In this document: positions 1-9,380 of the stretch, piece by piece
Layout of the letters: the number at the start of each line of letters is the position of its first letter
How positions within the stretch are numbered: position 1 is the stretch's first letter
Virus record (IMG/VR): IMGVR_UViG_3300021420_000022
Span: 28,393-92,392 of that record
Direction: 5' to 3' (one strand)
From: a virus
DNA: 64,000 bases
Notes under the pieces: generated by a model
What the model saw: only the letters and a program-made list of their open reading frames with translations
The model's database searches: none
Told to the model about the DNA's origin: nothing
Translations under genes and position numbers: made by a program

Positions 1-413
1 TCCGTCTCGCCACGGCCCTCGAAAACTTGCACGCCGGTGCCGTCGCCCAGATCGATCTCTCGACGAACGATATACTCGTTCGGCTCGCCGTCGTCTTCCT
101 CTTCGGTAGGTGTGACAGGTTCATCGACCTTTTCAGATTTCTTAAACCGACCGTGCTCGTCGCGCTCTTGCTCGGTCTTCTCGGCAGCCTCGCGCTCTTC
201 GATCTCTTCCGGAGTCTCTTTCGCTTCGGTCAGAGCCTTCTCGCGAGACGCTGCATCCGCCGCCAAAGTCTCAGCAGCGATTCGGTCCGCTTCTGCCGCT
301 TTCTCTGCAGCGGCCTTCTCTGCGGCTTCCTGCTCTTGCCCTTCCTGTATAGCCAGCTGACGCAATTCCTCTAGGGACAGTGCGTCCAGTTCGGCTTCCG
401 TTTTCGCTACCAT
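1..413 (-). CDS. Putative head scaffolding protein (truncated by window start)
   Basis: ATG at 413, frame open to base 1, absent from the ORF track. Acidic Ala/Glu-rich coiled coil (MVAKTEAELDALSLEELRQ...RDEHGRFKK); lies downstream of the portal gene. Confidence 0.55.
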   Translation of the reverse strand, partial: MVAKTEAELDALSLEELRQLAIQEGQEQEAAEKAAAEKAAEADRIAAETLAADAASREKALTEAKETPEEIEEREAAEKTEQERDEHGRFKKSEKVDEPVTPTEEEDDGEPNEYIVRREIDLGDGTGVQVFEGRGET

Positions 414-784
414 TGCGGTTCTCCTTGATTTTTCTGATCCTGCTCAAATGCGTTTAGTTGTGCGAACCATTCGGCTTCAGCTTCCGTGCCGAACGCTAAC
501 ACCGTTTCGATCACCGTGAAAAGCTGGCCAAAAATCTCTCGGGCGACTCGCGCCTTAACGCGGCACTGCTCGCTCTCGGTCTCGTCGGCAACATTCAATG
601 ATTGCTGCAGAGCCCCCTGAACAATATTATCCGCAATCTTTTTGATGTACGGCCAACCGGGAGTGCTCGAAGTTTGGGTTAGAATTACCTTAAGCGCTCT
701 CAGTCGTTCTTGCTCGGCTTGAAGGCGCGTTTGCTCTTGCTTCTCTAATACCTGTTCCTGCGTCAATACTTTTTCTTCAGCCAT
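407..784 (-). CDS. Hypothetical head-module protein
   Basis: Likely start MAEEKV at 784 after a GAGGAAG SD; helical; overlaps its neighbours. Confidence 0.6.
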   Translation of the reverse strand: MAEEKVLTQEQVLEKQEQTRLQAEQERLRALKVILTQTSSTPGWPYIKKIADNIVQGALQQSLNVADETESEQCRVKARVAREIFGQLFTVIETVLAFGTEAEAEWFAQLNAFEQDQKNQGEPQW

Positions 785-1079
785 TCTTCTTCCTCGACTT
801 CGGGACATATCCCAGACTAATAAGATTTTGAGGACCCTGCTCCGACTCTCTCTGCCAGACGCCCTCGTGCAGAACTTCATAGCATCGGGAGTCTAGATTC
901 CAGCGGCGCAGACCTTCCAGTCTCGTCGACTGATCCAGGCCGAACTGCCGGTTCGAACTCGTGTCTCGACGCTCGTCGGGGCGACGGTACGACGTACCGG
1001 GGTCATAAGTTTGCTCTTGCTCACCGAGAGCCTCGGCGGCGTCAGGTTTCCCTGCAGCCTCAAATTCTTCGTTAGTCAT
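777..1079 (-). CDS. Hypothetical protein
   Basis: ORF coupled to the portal stop (TAATG overlap). Confidence 0.6.
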   Translation of the reverse strand: MTNEEFEAAGKPDAAEALGEQEQTYDPGTSYRRPDERRDTSSNRQFGLDQSTRLEGLRRWNLDSRCYEVLHEGVWQRESEQGPQNLISLGYVPKSRKKNG

Positions 1080-3199
1080 TAGACTGTTCCTTGCGGCATT
1101 TCCGAATTTTCACCGTTCTGATTATCCTGCATGTTCTCTAGAGCGTTTTGAGCGACATCGATGTGAGACTCCATCGCTTTCTTTACAGCAGCGACTCCGG
1201 CCTGCACCGTGCCCTTCTCGTTGATCGCTTCCAGATTATTTTGATGCTTCTGGGCCTCGACAGCCTGATCTTGCTGACCTTTCGCGTACGCCGCGTTCTG
1301 CTCCTGCATACGCTTCAGATCGTCTGGCGTCATGTTCTGGAAGTACAGATCAACGTCGAAACCTTGAGCGTCGAGCATATCCGCCGCCCAGTTCGCGTAG
1401 TCAAACTTCTTGGCTTGAATCTGCAGCGAGGTCTGAACTGCCGGAGCGCTCAGCAACTGAATGATCATCGGAGCCAGTTGAGCTGACGCGGCTTTCGCGG
1501 TCAGATCGGCTCCGGCCAACACATCAATATCGATCTTGGCGTTATAGACTTCCTCGATGCTGCCCGACCACTCTTTTCCTTCCTCTTCCGTAAGAATCCG
1601 ATTGATATCTTCCGGCTGGAGGTTCTCCATGCAGAGCAGCATGAACTTCTCCAACGTCGGGAGGTAGATCATGTTGATGAAAATCTCAAGAAAATACTGC
1701 AGACGTTGAATAACGTCGCCCGTCAAAGCCTGCACGCCAGAGCCCGTACGTAGCGCCTGCGTCGGGAGGTTTACGCCGCCTTCCGCGCCAATACGCTTCG
1801 AGGCTCGCGCTTCGGAGTTCGCCATCGCCGCCGTAGCAGCGCCGCTAACATCCGGAGTTACCAGTGGCTTCAGTTCTGAAGTCTCGGTAATAACGCGACC
1901 GGGAGCCAACGGGATGTTCTGGGTGCCCGGGCCAACGCCCTTGAGAGCTTGGAACACAGGATTCAGAACGAGAGCTAGAGAGTCGATCCAGCTATTCGCC
2001 ACGCCGGATTGGAACCTCTGCTCGCCAGCCAGCAATCTCGCTACACCGAATCCCCATGCGCTGCCGAGAACGTCGATGAACGCGCAAGTCCGAGCTGGAG
2101 TTTCGTTGTACTCGTTCTCGCTGAGGCGAATACACAGCTTACGCTGCAAAATGCCGATGACGTGATCTTCGGTCCAATACTCGATGTACTCCAGAGGACG
2201 CATCAGCGGGTCTGCTGACCCGGCTTCGGTGTCTAACTGCGCCTGAAACTCGCGCCACACGGCGCGCTTCTGGCCCGAAAAAGTATCTTCGGTCTGTTCA
2301 CGGTCGGTAGTAAGAACCCGACGCAAAGTCTCGCGATCCGGAATACGGCTAACGCGCTTGCCGGTTTTCTTCCCATCCTCATCCAGTTCGGCGCGGCCAT
2401 ACGTATCCAAATCTTCGCGCCAGCCGTCTAGAGTATTCGCAGTGATCATCACCTGCTTAGCAACCCAGCGTGCGCCCTTCTGAACATCCTGACGCTTGCA
2501 CTGCGCGTCAAAAGAGAAATTCTTCAGGTCGACATTCTCAAATTTCGGCAAATTCAGCAGAATGTCTTTCCACTTTCCCTTTACGTGACCGCTCGCATTT
2601 TTCGTATAAACGCGCTCGCGGACATTCTTCTGTTCCCAGCCCCACCAGCCGCAGCAGAACCCGTAGCTCAGGCACTGCTTCAGCGTCAGGCGCATCTCTT
2701 CTTTGAGCCCGGCCTGCTTGATGGCCCACGCCAATACGGACGCCTTAGCGCGAGCCGCTTCCGCTGAAGTCTTCCCTACTGGGGAAACTACAAACGGGCG
2801 GCGCTTGCCGGTGCCAAACAAGCTCATGTAGAACACGGGCATCAACTTCTCGATGCCCTCCATGACAGCGTAGATCGGCAGATTGGCGCGGGGCTTGCCG
2901 TCGGCCCACACGCGGGGCTTCTGGAGCCCGAAAATCAAATCGTTCGAGGTGTCGACGAGAGCCGGGAGCAACGCTTTCGACTGCAGGAACGCTATGCCTG
3001 CCGAAACGTCAGTGAGCACGAGTCCCAGAGCCGTAGCATCATCATAAGGCTCATCACGGAACGCGGTATGCTCTTCGGTAAAGTTCGCTACCGCTGAGAA
3101 CGCAGCACTCGTATCGACCGACTCAGGTAGCGCGCCAAACCCACCGCTAGAAGCGGCCCCGCCTAAACCCGGGGAATTATCAATCGTGCCGCCAGACAT
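1079..3199 (-). CDS. Portal protein (P22/podovirus-like)
   Basis: 706 aa directly downstream of the large terminase; segments such as SAWGFGVARLL..EQ...DSLALVLNP; Gln-rich helical C-terminus typical of P22-type portals. Confidence 0.8.
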   Translation of the reverse strand: MSGGTIDNSPGLGGAASSGGFGALPESVDTSAAFSAVANFTEEHTAFRDEPYDDATALGLVLTDVSAGIAFLQSKALLPALVDTSNDLIFGLQKPRVWADGKPRANLPIYAVMEGIEKLMPVFYMSLFGTGKRRPFVVSPVGKTSAEAARAKASVLAWAIKQAGLKEEMRLTLKQCLSYGFCCGWWGWEQKNVRERVYTKNASGHVKGKWKDILLNLPKFENVDLKNFSFDAQCKRQDVQKGARWVAKQVMITANTLDGWREDLDTYGRAELDEDGKKTGKRVSRIPDRETLRRVLTTDREQTEDTFSGQKRAVWREFQAQLDTEAGSADPLMRPLEYIEYWTEDHVIGILQRKLCIRLSENEYNETPARTCAFIDVLGSAWGFGVARLLAGEQRFQSGVANSWIDSLALVLNPVFQALKGVGPGTQNIPLAPGRVITETSELKPLVTPDVSGAATAAMANSEARASKRIGAEGGVNLPTQALRTGSGVQALTGDVIQRLQYFLEIFINMIYLPTLEKFMLLCMENLQPEDINRILTEEEGKEWSGSIEEVYNAKIDIDVLAGADLTAKAASAQLAPMIIQLLSAPAVQTSLQIQAKKFDYANWAADMLDAQGFDVDLYFQNMTPDDLKRMQEQNAAYAKGQQDQAVEAQKHQNNLEAINEKGTVQAGVAAVKKAMESHIDVAQNALENMQDNQNGENSEMPQGTV

Positions 3200-3208
3200 T
3201 TAATCTCC

Positions 3209-4855
3209 TCAATCTATAATGCCAAATGATCCTTGCGCTGCAGACCAATCCGAATTGAACGCGTCGAAACCGTCACTCGGGTCCGCTGCTATTTTCTGGC
3301 GTTCGAGAATCTGATCGGCAAGAGTTACCGCTTCCTGCTGACGGACCATCTCAAAAATCGGATTTACTTTCGGCTTTATCGGTTGCGCGATCATCGTGCC
3401 GATCATATGCGTTGCGAACAGCGCGATAGTGTCGATGTAATCGTCGTGCTTGTGCTTGCCGCCAGGGAATATTTCAAACTGCGCCGCAATCTTGTCCCAA
3501 GCTGTGACCGTATCGAAAAACCGAAGACGCCGACCACTCATCAAACCTTGAAGGCTGCCGATGCGCGTGTACTTCGCGTCCTTCCGAACATCGAGCTTCA
3601 AGAATTCGAGCGGGAGAAAAACTTTCTTTTCAGAAGCCACAAGCCGAAGATAATCCATAAAAAAGATAGCACTACTAGATTTCTCAAAGTAGATTGTAAC
3701 CGGCCTGTATTCGAGTGCCGCAAGGATTATCTGCTCGGCGAGCAACGACGAGGGCCACTGTCCGCCGCGAGCCTCCACAACATACTGTGTCATCTGTAGA
3801 TCGTGCGCTCCGATTATTATACAAGAATCGTCTGCCGTGTCGGAGTTGGTGCTAGCGAGATCAACAAAGAAAACTTTCGGACTCAACTTCAAAACGTCGG
3901 CCTTCTTAACTCGGCACGACTCCAGCAAAGCCTTGGTAAACTTCTGACCGCCCTTCTGCATGGGCTGGTTCAGATACTGACTGGCGAACATCTCGGGATC
4001 GCTATCCCGCATGAAATCCAGTTGTGCTTTCGTGAACCCAATCAACTTCTTATCGACTACTGATCCATCTTCCAGTATCGTAGTACGGTTGACTTCTTGC
4101 TGCGGAAATAACGGCGTCAGTTGCTCTGCGTCCGCCCAGCAAGTCCGAAAGCTTACGCGCCACTCGCCCTTGATGTTGGCGCGCATGATGTTCTCGTAAA
4201 CATCGCCGAAAGCATAGCGCGTACCCGTCATGATCGCGTAGAACGGCGCGTCCATCAAAGGCATGCACGCGAAGAAGTCTTGCTGAACCCGAGCCAGCTT
4301 AATCTTCGACCGATAATTCTGGTCGTTTACCAAGTCATCGAAGAAGCCAATGTCATAGTGCGTACCAGTCTTGATCGAATTCGGCGACGCGACCGTAACT
4401 GTAGCTTGCGCTAAACCCATGTTCCGGCGAGCCGGGACTGTGAACGACATCGAGTTCCCGAGGTCGCCTTCGGTACAAAACTCAGGGAAGAAGTCCGCTA
4501 AATGTGAATTCGGATTCGTGCCCGTAAAGTGCGCCCGAATTTCATTCAGCCACGCCTTCGTAATCGCGATGCTACCACGCATGATCAAAATACGGATGTC
4601 GGGGAAGTTCAGAATCGCCTGAATGATGTCGACGACAACAGCCGTAGTCTTGTAGTGACCACGAGGCCACAAGATCAGGACCTTAGCTATGTCCGATTGC
4701 TTTGCCCACGCCTTGTGGTCGTCGTACTGGAAGAACTGACTCCACAACGGCGAGTGTACCGCAGGAACGAAGTCATAGCCCAGAACTTCGGCCAGCTTCT
4801 GCTTGTCCTTCTTCAATTCCCTGCGCATTCTTTCTATTTCTGATTGTAATGCCAC
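3209..4855 (-). CDS. terL: Terminase large subunit
   Basis: Walker A-like WPRGHYKTT, Walker B FFDDLV, coupling motif GTRY, FASQYLNQP; C-terminal RNase H-like nuclease FVDLA...FEK...HDDYID. Confidence 0.93.
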   Translation of the reverse strand: MALQSEIERMRRELKKDKQKLAEVLGYDFVPAVHSPLWSQFFQYDDHKAWAKQSDIAKVLILWPRGHYKTTAVVVDIIQAILNFPDIRILIMRGSIAITKAWLNEIRAHFTGTNPNSHLADFFPEFCTEGDLGNSMSFTVPARRNMGLAQATVTVASPNSIKTGTHYDIGFFDDLVNDQNYRSKIKLARVQQDFFACMPLMDAPFYAIMTGTRYAFGDVYENIMRANIKGEWRVSFRTCWADAEQLTPLFPQQEVNRTTILEDGSVVDKKLIGFTKAQLDFMRDSDPEMFASQYLNQPMQKGGQKFTKALLESCRVKKADVLKLSPKVFFVDLASTNSDTADDSCIIIGAHDLQMTQYVVEARGGQWPSSLLAEQIILAALEYRPVTIYFEKSSSAIFFMDYLRLVASEKKVFLPLEFLKLDVRKDAKYTRIGSLQGLMSGRRLRFFDTVTAWDKIAAQFEIFPGGKHKHDDYIDTIALFATHMIGTMIAQPIKPKVNPIFEMVRQQEAVTLADQILERQKIAADPSDGFDAFNSDWSAAQGSFGIID

Positions 4856-4894
4856 GCTGCCTAACCCACAGTAAAACTAAAACTAAAACAAAAA

Positions 4895-5788
4895 TTATGA
4901 AGATAGCCCGGGGATGAGAGGGTGTTGCTCGCACTCCCGATACTTTCGTGGCAACCGCGTTTGGTCTTTTGGGAGGTGCCCACCGATCCATGCTGACACC
5001 GAGTTCTTCCCGGGATTCAGCAACAGGTCCTCAATTACCGTCTCGGGTTCCGCGATCATCAACCGTGCTTCCCCGACCGACCCAACCATGACACCAATCA
5101 TCTTGTGCGTACGCGAATCAAATAGCGGGCTGCCGCTCGACCCGTGGCCGATAGTGATGTCCACCGGCATCGTGTTCTTCCACTGAGGATAGTCTTGAAG
5201 CATCCGAGAGAAGTGGGGGAACCGACGATCTACGTAAGTCCCGTGAAACTCGACTTTGCCCATATCCAGCGGAAACGAAACGTTCTCGACTGGATCACCC
5301 GGCTGCAAAAAATCCTCGTGTTCTAAAGTCTCAGGAATGATCGGATGCGCCGCTGATAGACCGTTAATGACCTTCAGTACAGCCAAGTCGTCGTCCTGCG
5401 AGATCGAATAAAGCTCCGTCTGGTAATAAGGCCCAGCAAGGTTGCCATTGAATGAGACAAACTCATTCGGAATGAACCCAGGAAGAACGTCGTTCTCCGG
5501 ATCGCCATCTTCCCAAACGCAGTGTTTCGCTGTGACAAACAAGGCCGACGTACCCTCGTATCCGATTACAGAGCCGCTGCAAATCATTGCATAAGGACCG
5601 TCGCCGTTAGCTGAATTCGGATTCGGAATCGAGATCGCGCCGACTGCCGCCACTTCGACATCGTGAGGATCGAACCCTTGGAACGGATCGTACTGCTTAT
5701 GCTTGGCGGCCATTGAGACAGGCAGTGCCAGCAGAAAGGCTAAGAACAATGCGAGAAAAACTTTCACTGGATTGTCCCAACAGCGCAT
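4895..5788 (-). CDS. Secreted trypsin-like (S1) serine protease
   Basis: N-terminal signal peptide; catalytic motifs TAKHC, DDLAVL, GSSGSP. Confidence 0.85.
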   Translation of the reverse strand: MRCWDNPVKVFLALFLAFLLALPVSMAAKHKQYDPFQGFDPHDVEVAAVGAISIPNPNSANGDGPYAMICSGSVIGYEGTSALFVTAKHCVWEDGDPENDVLPGFIPNEFVSFNGNLAGPYYQTELYSISQDDDLAVLKVINGLSAAHPIIPETLEHEDFLQPGDPVENVSFPLDMGKVEFHGTYVDRRFPHFSRMLQDYPQWKNTMPVDITIGHGSSGSPLFDSRTHKMIGVMVGSVGEARLMIAEPETVIEDLLLNPGKNSVSAWIGGHLPKDQTRLPRKYRECEQHPLIPGLSS

Positions 5789-5828
5789 GATTTATCGTCG
5801 CCCGCTCACTGCGGTCCGCTGCTCGACG

Positions 5829-6032
5829 TTAACGCTGATCTTGATCATCATCCTTCCGCGCCGGGCTAAATGCGTGACCGGCTATCCCACCGACTACGAC
5901 GCTAGTGAACGCTACGAAAGTGGGGTCCATGTGATGGAACCACTGAAGCGCCGCGCCGACTCCGAAAATGCTGCCGATAATTGGAAGGTGATAGTCTTTG
6001 ACGTTAGTCAAAATCTTATCTAAACTCATCAT
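5829..6032 (-). CDS. Small two-TM protein, holin candidate
   Basis: 67 aa, two hydrophobic helices, charged C-terminus. Confidence 0.5.
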   Translation of the reverse strand: MMSLDKILTNVKDYHLPIIGSIFGVGAALQWFHHMDPTFVAFTSVVVGGIAGHAFSPARKDDDQDQR

Positions 6033-6184
6033 TGCTGTTCCTACTGAGATCGCCGAGAGGGGAGCCTAGAACTCCCCTCCGGCCTAACCCGGCTTTAACG
6101 GGATGGCCCTGAGTTTCACAGGAGTTCATTCGAGAGCGTTGCAAATCAATGTGATGCAGACGGCAAAACTCGAATAGAAGTTTT

Positions 6185-6487
6185 TTATTTCAACGACGAC
6201 AAGAGCGCCGCGAGAATGAGGCCAACCTGATACATACTGAAATCAAGAAGACTGCTGCCTCGCTGTGCTGCGTTTTCGTATTTGTAGTCGAACCAAAATT
6301 CTTTTGGAACGGCCCACGCTTCAACTAAGATCACTCCAAACCACAGTGGACTCCCAAAGTACATCGCGGTCAATGCGATGCTGTAACCACCGAGGATGTG
6401 CGCGATCTGAATGAAGATTCTATCGGCTAGTTCTGCTGACGGCCACGGGGTTGCGAGCCAACTAGAAAGTTTCGAGTATAAACTCAT
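6185..6487 (-). CDS. Small membrane protein
   Basis: Hydrophobic segments with H..GG / KE..D / D pattern. Confidence 0.6.
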   Translation of the reverse strand: MSLYSKLSSWLATPWPSAELADRIFIQIAHILGGYSIALTAMYFGSPLWFGVILVEAWAVPKEFWFDYKYENAAQRGSSLLDFSMYQVGLILAALLSSLK

Positions 6488-6795
6488 TTCTTCCCCATAG
6501 CCATCAAGCCGATGGCTGCGCGAGACTGTCGTGCCGTTTCGCTGTTGCCTTTGCTATGACTGTGAGCGAACCCGCTGGTCGACTGCCCCGCTTTCTGTGC
6601 TTTAGCGCGGAGCGCGCCGGGCTTCGTGATCTTAAAGGACCCTTTCGAGCCCAAGTTGACCACTTTCGTTTTCTTGGCTGACTTGGACTTTCCGGTAAGA
6701 CCGTCATTGTTGAGCATTGCTTTCCTCGCTAGCGGCGAAAGCTTTCTTTTCGCGAGCTTCCTTCCGTAAAAGTTCTCGATGGACACCGGAGCCAT
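6484..6795 (-). CDS. Lys-rich basic protein (start uncertain)
   Basis: Highly basic; KPGALR motif. Confidence 0.5.
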   Translation of the reverse strand: MAPVSIENFYGRKLAKRKLSPLARKAMLNNDGLTGKSKSAKKTKVVNLGSKGSFKITKPGALRAKAQKAGQSTSGFAHSHSKGNSETARQSRAAIGLMAMGKK

Positions 6796-7033
6796 TGGGC
6801 ATACGCGGATGCCTCTTCAACTGATCTCGAAGTTCAGCCAACTGATGGCTAAGTGCGAGAAAATATTTAGTAGGCAGCTTCGGGTCGTGCAGCCTCTGTG
6901 AAATAAGTCGAATGTGCTCCCGCAACCCGATGGCCCGCTTCGGCAAGCTAGAAAAATCCGTTCGCGGACGACCGCCGTACGTCTTGCCCGGACTCATCCG
7001 TGCAGGAAGCTCTTGCTGAACCTCGTCGGCCAT
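6704..7033 (-). CDS. Hypothetical basic protein (possible small terminase)
   Basis: GGRP motif and location upstream of terL; the assignment is weak. Confidence 0.4.
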   Translation of the reverse strand: MADEVQQELPARMSPGKTYGGRPRTDFSSLPKRAIGLREHIRLISQRLHDPKLPTKYFLALSHQLAELRDQLKRHPRMPNGSGVHRELLRKEAREKKAFAASEESNAQQ

Positions 7034-7272
7034 CAGAGTTTTGACTTAATCCGGTCGACGACGGCCTTGACTTCATCGGAGATCGTCTTGCCCTCGGCAC
7101 TTGCCTCGGCCTCGATCTTCGCGACCTCGCCCTTGAGCTCTTCGGTGTACTGCTTGAGCAGGCCGTACAAGCGCTGAATCTCGGCTTGCGCTGCCTCTTG
7201 CTGAACAGTCAGGTAGCCGACTTTCGCGGCCAAGTGATCGACGGTTACGGGTGCTGCTGGTGTTATCTGCAT
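7033..7272 (-). CDS. Coiled-coil hypothetical protein
   Basis: GGAG SD; translationally coupled. Confidence 0.6.
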   Translation of the reverse strand: MQITPAAPVTVDHLAAKVGYLTVQQEAAQAEIQRLYGLLKQYTEELKGEVAKIEAEASAEGKTISDEVKAVVDRIKSKL

Positions 7273-7273
7273 T

Positions 7274-7513
7274 TCATTCTCCTTTTATTTCTTTCCAAGT
7301 TTCAACTTCGGCTAACAACTTCGCGACTGCTGCTTTCGCGACTTGCTGACGAACGACTTGATTAGTTCTCAGGTCTTCTTTCGCGGCTTCGCGAATTGCG
7401 ATGACCAGTTCGTCCTTCAAGGTCTCGATCAAAACTTTATCGAGGAACAGACTGACGGTCGCGGTAAGCGCTAACCGATCAGGATTGGTTGGGTCGACTG
7501 TCAAAGTTATCAT
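7274..7513 (-). CDS. Hypothetical protein
   Basis: SD AGGA; operon context. Confidence 0.55.
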   Translation of the reverse strand: MITLTVDPTNPDRLALTATVSLFLDKVLIETLKDELVIAIREAAKEDLRTNQVVRQQVAKAAVAKLLAEVETWKEIKGE

Positions 7514-7862
7514 ACTGTCCTTCCTGTTCTACGAGATCAATTACGTACGGATTTACTACGTCTGACTTTGGTCCAAAGATTCTCAAATCGGTAGCTTTCG
7601 AATCGATCTCCCAACGGAGGCCCGCAAAGAAAAATCTCGGCACCGCGCTATCGTCGATACGCTCGAAGCCCGCGTTCACCGCGTCGGCCTCGCTGAATGC
7701 ATCGATGAGCTTTTGAAACACAGCTGGGCTGAGCGTCACGTGATATCTGCCGTCATTGAAGCGCTGAACGTTCTGCGACATCAGATGGCCAACGCCCTGC
7801 CGAATCGCGGCAAGATGAAGAGGGCTCTTTCCGATCTTAATTACTACCATCGAGGACGACAT
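7479..7862 (-). CDS. Hypothetical protein
   Basis: SD GGAG; operon context. Confidence 0.55.
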   Translation of the reverse strand: MSSSMVVIKIGKSPLHLAAIRQGVGHLMSQNVQRFNDGRYHVTLSPAVFQKLIDAFSEADAVNAGFERIDDSAVPRFFFAGLRWEIDSKATDLRIFGPKSDVVNPYVIDLVEQEGQYDNFDSRPNQS

Positions 7863-7864
7863 GG

Positions 7865-8371
7865 TTACTCCTTCGACTGCCCCGCCTTACTGAACCCGAT
7901 AGCCCGAATCATTGCTTCTTTCGCCGCGCCGGTCTTACCGGTCTTCGTAACGCTCTTCGGAACGTTTTTGTGGACTTCACGCATCGCCGCGCCGAGTTTA
8001 TCCTGCTTCTTCGATTTGAACGTGACGTTCTTCTTCAAGCTCTGGACTTTGAGTTTCTTCCCGCCCGGCATAGTCTTCGGGGCCTTGCCAGTCAGAACTG
8101 CGGGCGACGGGAGGACGATCTCGTCCTTGTGCATCTTGTAAAGGCCGGTCTTTTTGATCAGGCCGCCCTTCTTCATGCTGCCGAGTACGGCCAGCTCGTT
8201 GCGCTTGTTGAAATCGCCTTGCTTCAGTTCTTTAGTTTGATCCATGCCTTTCGATTCCGCCTTACCTTGCGCAGCGATATAGTCGCGCTTCTCAGCGGCA
8301 TCCGGAATGTGCGCGGCGGTAACCCCTCGCGTTTTGGAGAGATCGGCTTTTTCTTGCTCGGTAGCTGGCAT
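7865..8371 (-). CDS. Lys-rich virion-associated protein candidate
   Basis: MKKGGLIKKTGLYKMHKDEIVLP segment; very basic. Confidence 0.55.
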   Translation of the reverse strand: MPATEQEKADLSKTRGVTAAHIPDAAEKRDYIAAQGKAESKGMDQTKELKQGDFNKRNELAVLGSMKKGGLIKKTGLYKMHKDEIVLPSPAVLTGKAPKTMPGGKKLKVQSLKKNVTFKSKKQDKLGAAMREVHKNVPKSVTKTGKTGAAKEAMIRAIGFSKAGQSKE

Positions 8372-8390
8372 GTTAGAGCTCCAATCGAAA

Positions 8391-8681
8391 TTACTGCATC
8401 AACGGAATCCACCACGTGGTTCCGCCCAAAATTATCTTTGCGAAATTAACTACAGTGCGCGGCGTTGTAGGTCCACCACCGGTTCCCTTCTGCGGTGCGC
8501 TCACAGTCTGGTTAGCGCCGTTGCCTACGCCTTGCACGCCGCACAGCACGGTCAGATTCCCGAGCGACGAGCCGATGTAGAGTTGCTCTTCGTCGGTTGC
8601 GAAGTACAGCTCCCCGAGGGCCAAGGCGGGAATATGGGCCTTAGCCCCTCGGAGAACTTGCAATGTCAAATTGCGAGCCAT
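8391..8681 (-). CDS. Mtd/hyaluronidase N-terminal-like fibre adaptor protein
   Basis: LQVLRG...LALGELYFATDEEQLYIG motif. Confidence 0.65.
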   Translation of the reverse strand: MARNLTLQVLRGAKAHIPALALGELYFATDEEQLYIGSSLGNLTVLCGVQGVGNGANQTVSAPQKGTGGGPTTPRTVVNFAKIILGGTTWWIPLMQ

Positions 8682-9190
8682 CAGAACGTCCCTGCGTCGA
8701 TAAGTGTTAACGACGACCCTGCCGCTATAGTAGCCGGAAGTTGCGTCTCTGCTAAAAACCCAGAGATGTCTGCAAAACTCGGTTGAGCCAAATGTTGAAC
8801 CCCATCTGAGCTTATGTAAGTCACAAACTCATGAACGACCGGCGCGCCCAACCATTGAACGTCCGTCATTGCGGGGTTTTGAGGTGTCACGGTGGCGATT
8901 GTGGTCCAATTCGCCGAGTTACTGGCCGGAAACGCCGTCAAAATGTAGGTTACACCATTGCTAGCGGAGACCGCGATATCACCGACGTTGGCCGCTAAAC
9001 CGGTCAACGCGGCGGGGTTCGCCACGTTAAAGACCGTATGTTTCTGTCCAAGTCGCTGAAAAGCTGTTCCGGTATCAATGAAAAGTTCGTTACTGTCCGT
9101 AGTCCACGCCAAAATGCCCGGCTGACCAGTGCTAGAGGGCAAGTTAGCGAGAAGACCGCGATACAGGGCCATCTTTACGTTGAGAGGCAT
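8681..9190 (-). CDS. Mtd N-terminal-like fibre protein
   Basis: YRGLLANLP...GILAWTTDSNELFIDTG; C-terminal IDAGTF. Confidence 0.65.
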   Translation of the reverse strand: MPLNVKMALYRGLLANLPSSTGQPGILAWTTDSNELFIDTGTAFQRLGQKHTVFNVANPAALTGLAANVGDIAVSASNGVTYILTAFPASNSANWTTIATVTPQNPAMTDVQWLGAPVVHEFVTYISSDGVQHLAQPSFADISGFLAETQLPATIAAGSSLTLIDAGTF

Positions 9191-9324
9191 CAGAATGTAC
9201 CCAAGTCAACGAAAATTGGCCGATGAGCTCTCTCGACAAACAGGTCGATGAACCATTGCAACGAGTTCAGGACGTTATCTGTGCGATAGATGTCATCTGC
9301 TTCAAAGGAAAATAGTCTGCTCAT
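9190..9324 (-). CDS. 44-aa protein ending VDLGTF
   Basis: Below the ORF-track cutoff; C-terminus resembles the IDAGTF of the next gene; TGATG coupling. Confidence 0.5.
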   Translation of the reverse strand: MSRLFSFEADDIYRTDNVLNSLQWFIDLFVERAHRPIFVDLGTF

Positions 9325-9330
9325 CGTATT

Positions 9331-9368
9331 TAAAATTGAGAAGCTCGGAATTTTTAGTTCCGAGCCTC
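9331..9368 (-). terminator. Probable intrinsic terminator after the ice-binding gene
   Basis: GCTCGGAA/TTCCGAGC stem followed by a T-rich tail on the minus strand. Confidence 0.55.
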
Positions 9369-9380
9369 ACAAATCTCAAA

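Noticed and set aside
8391-9190. Diversity-generating retroelement suggested by Mtd-like N-termini
   Set aside because: No reverse transcriptase and no TR/VR pair differing at adenines was seen.
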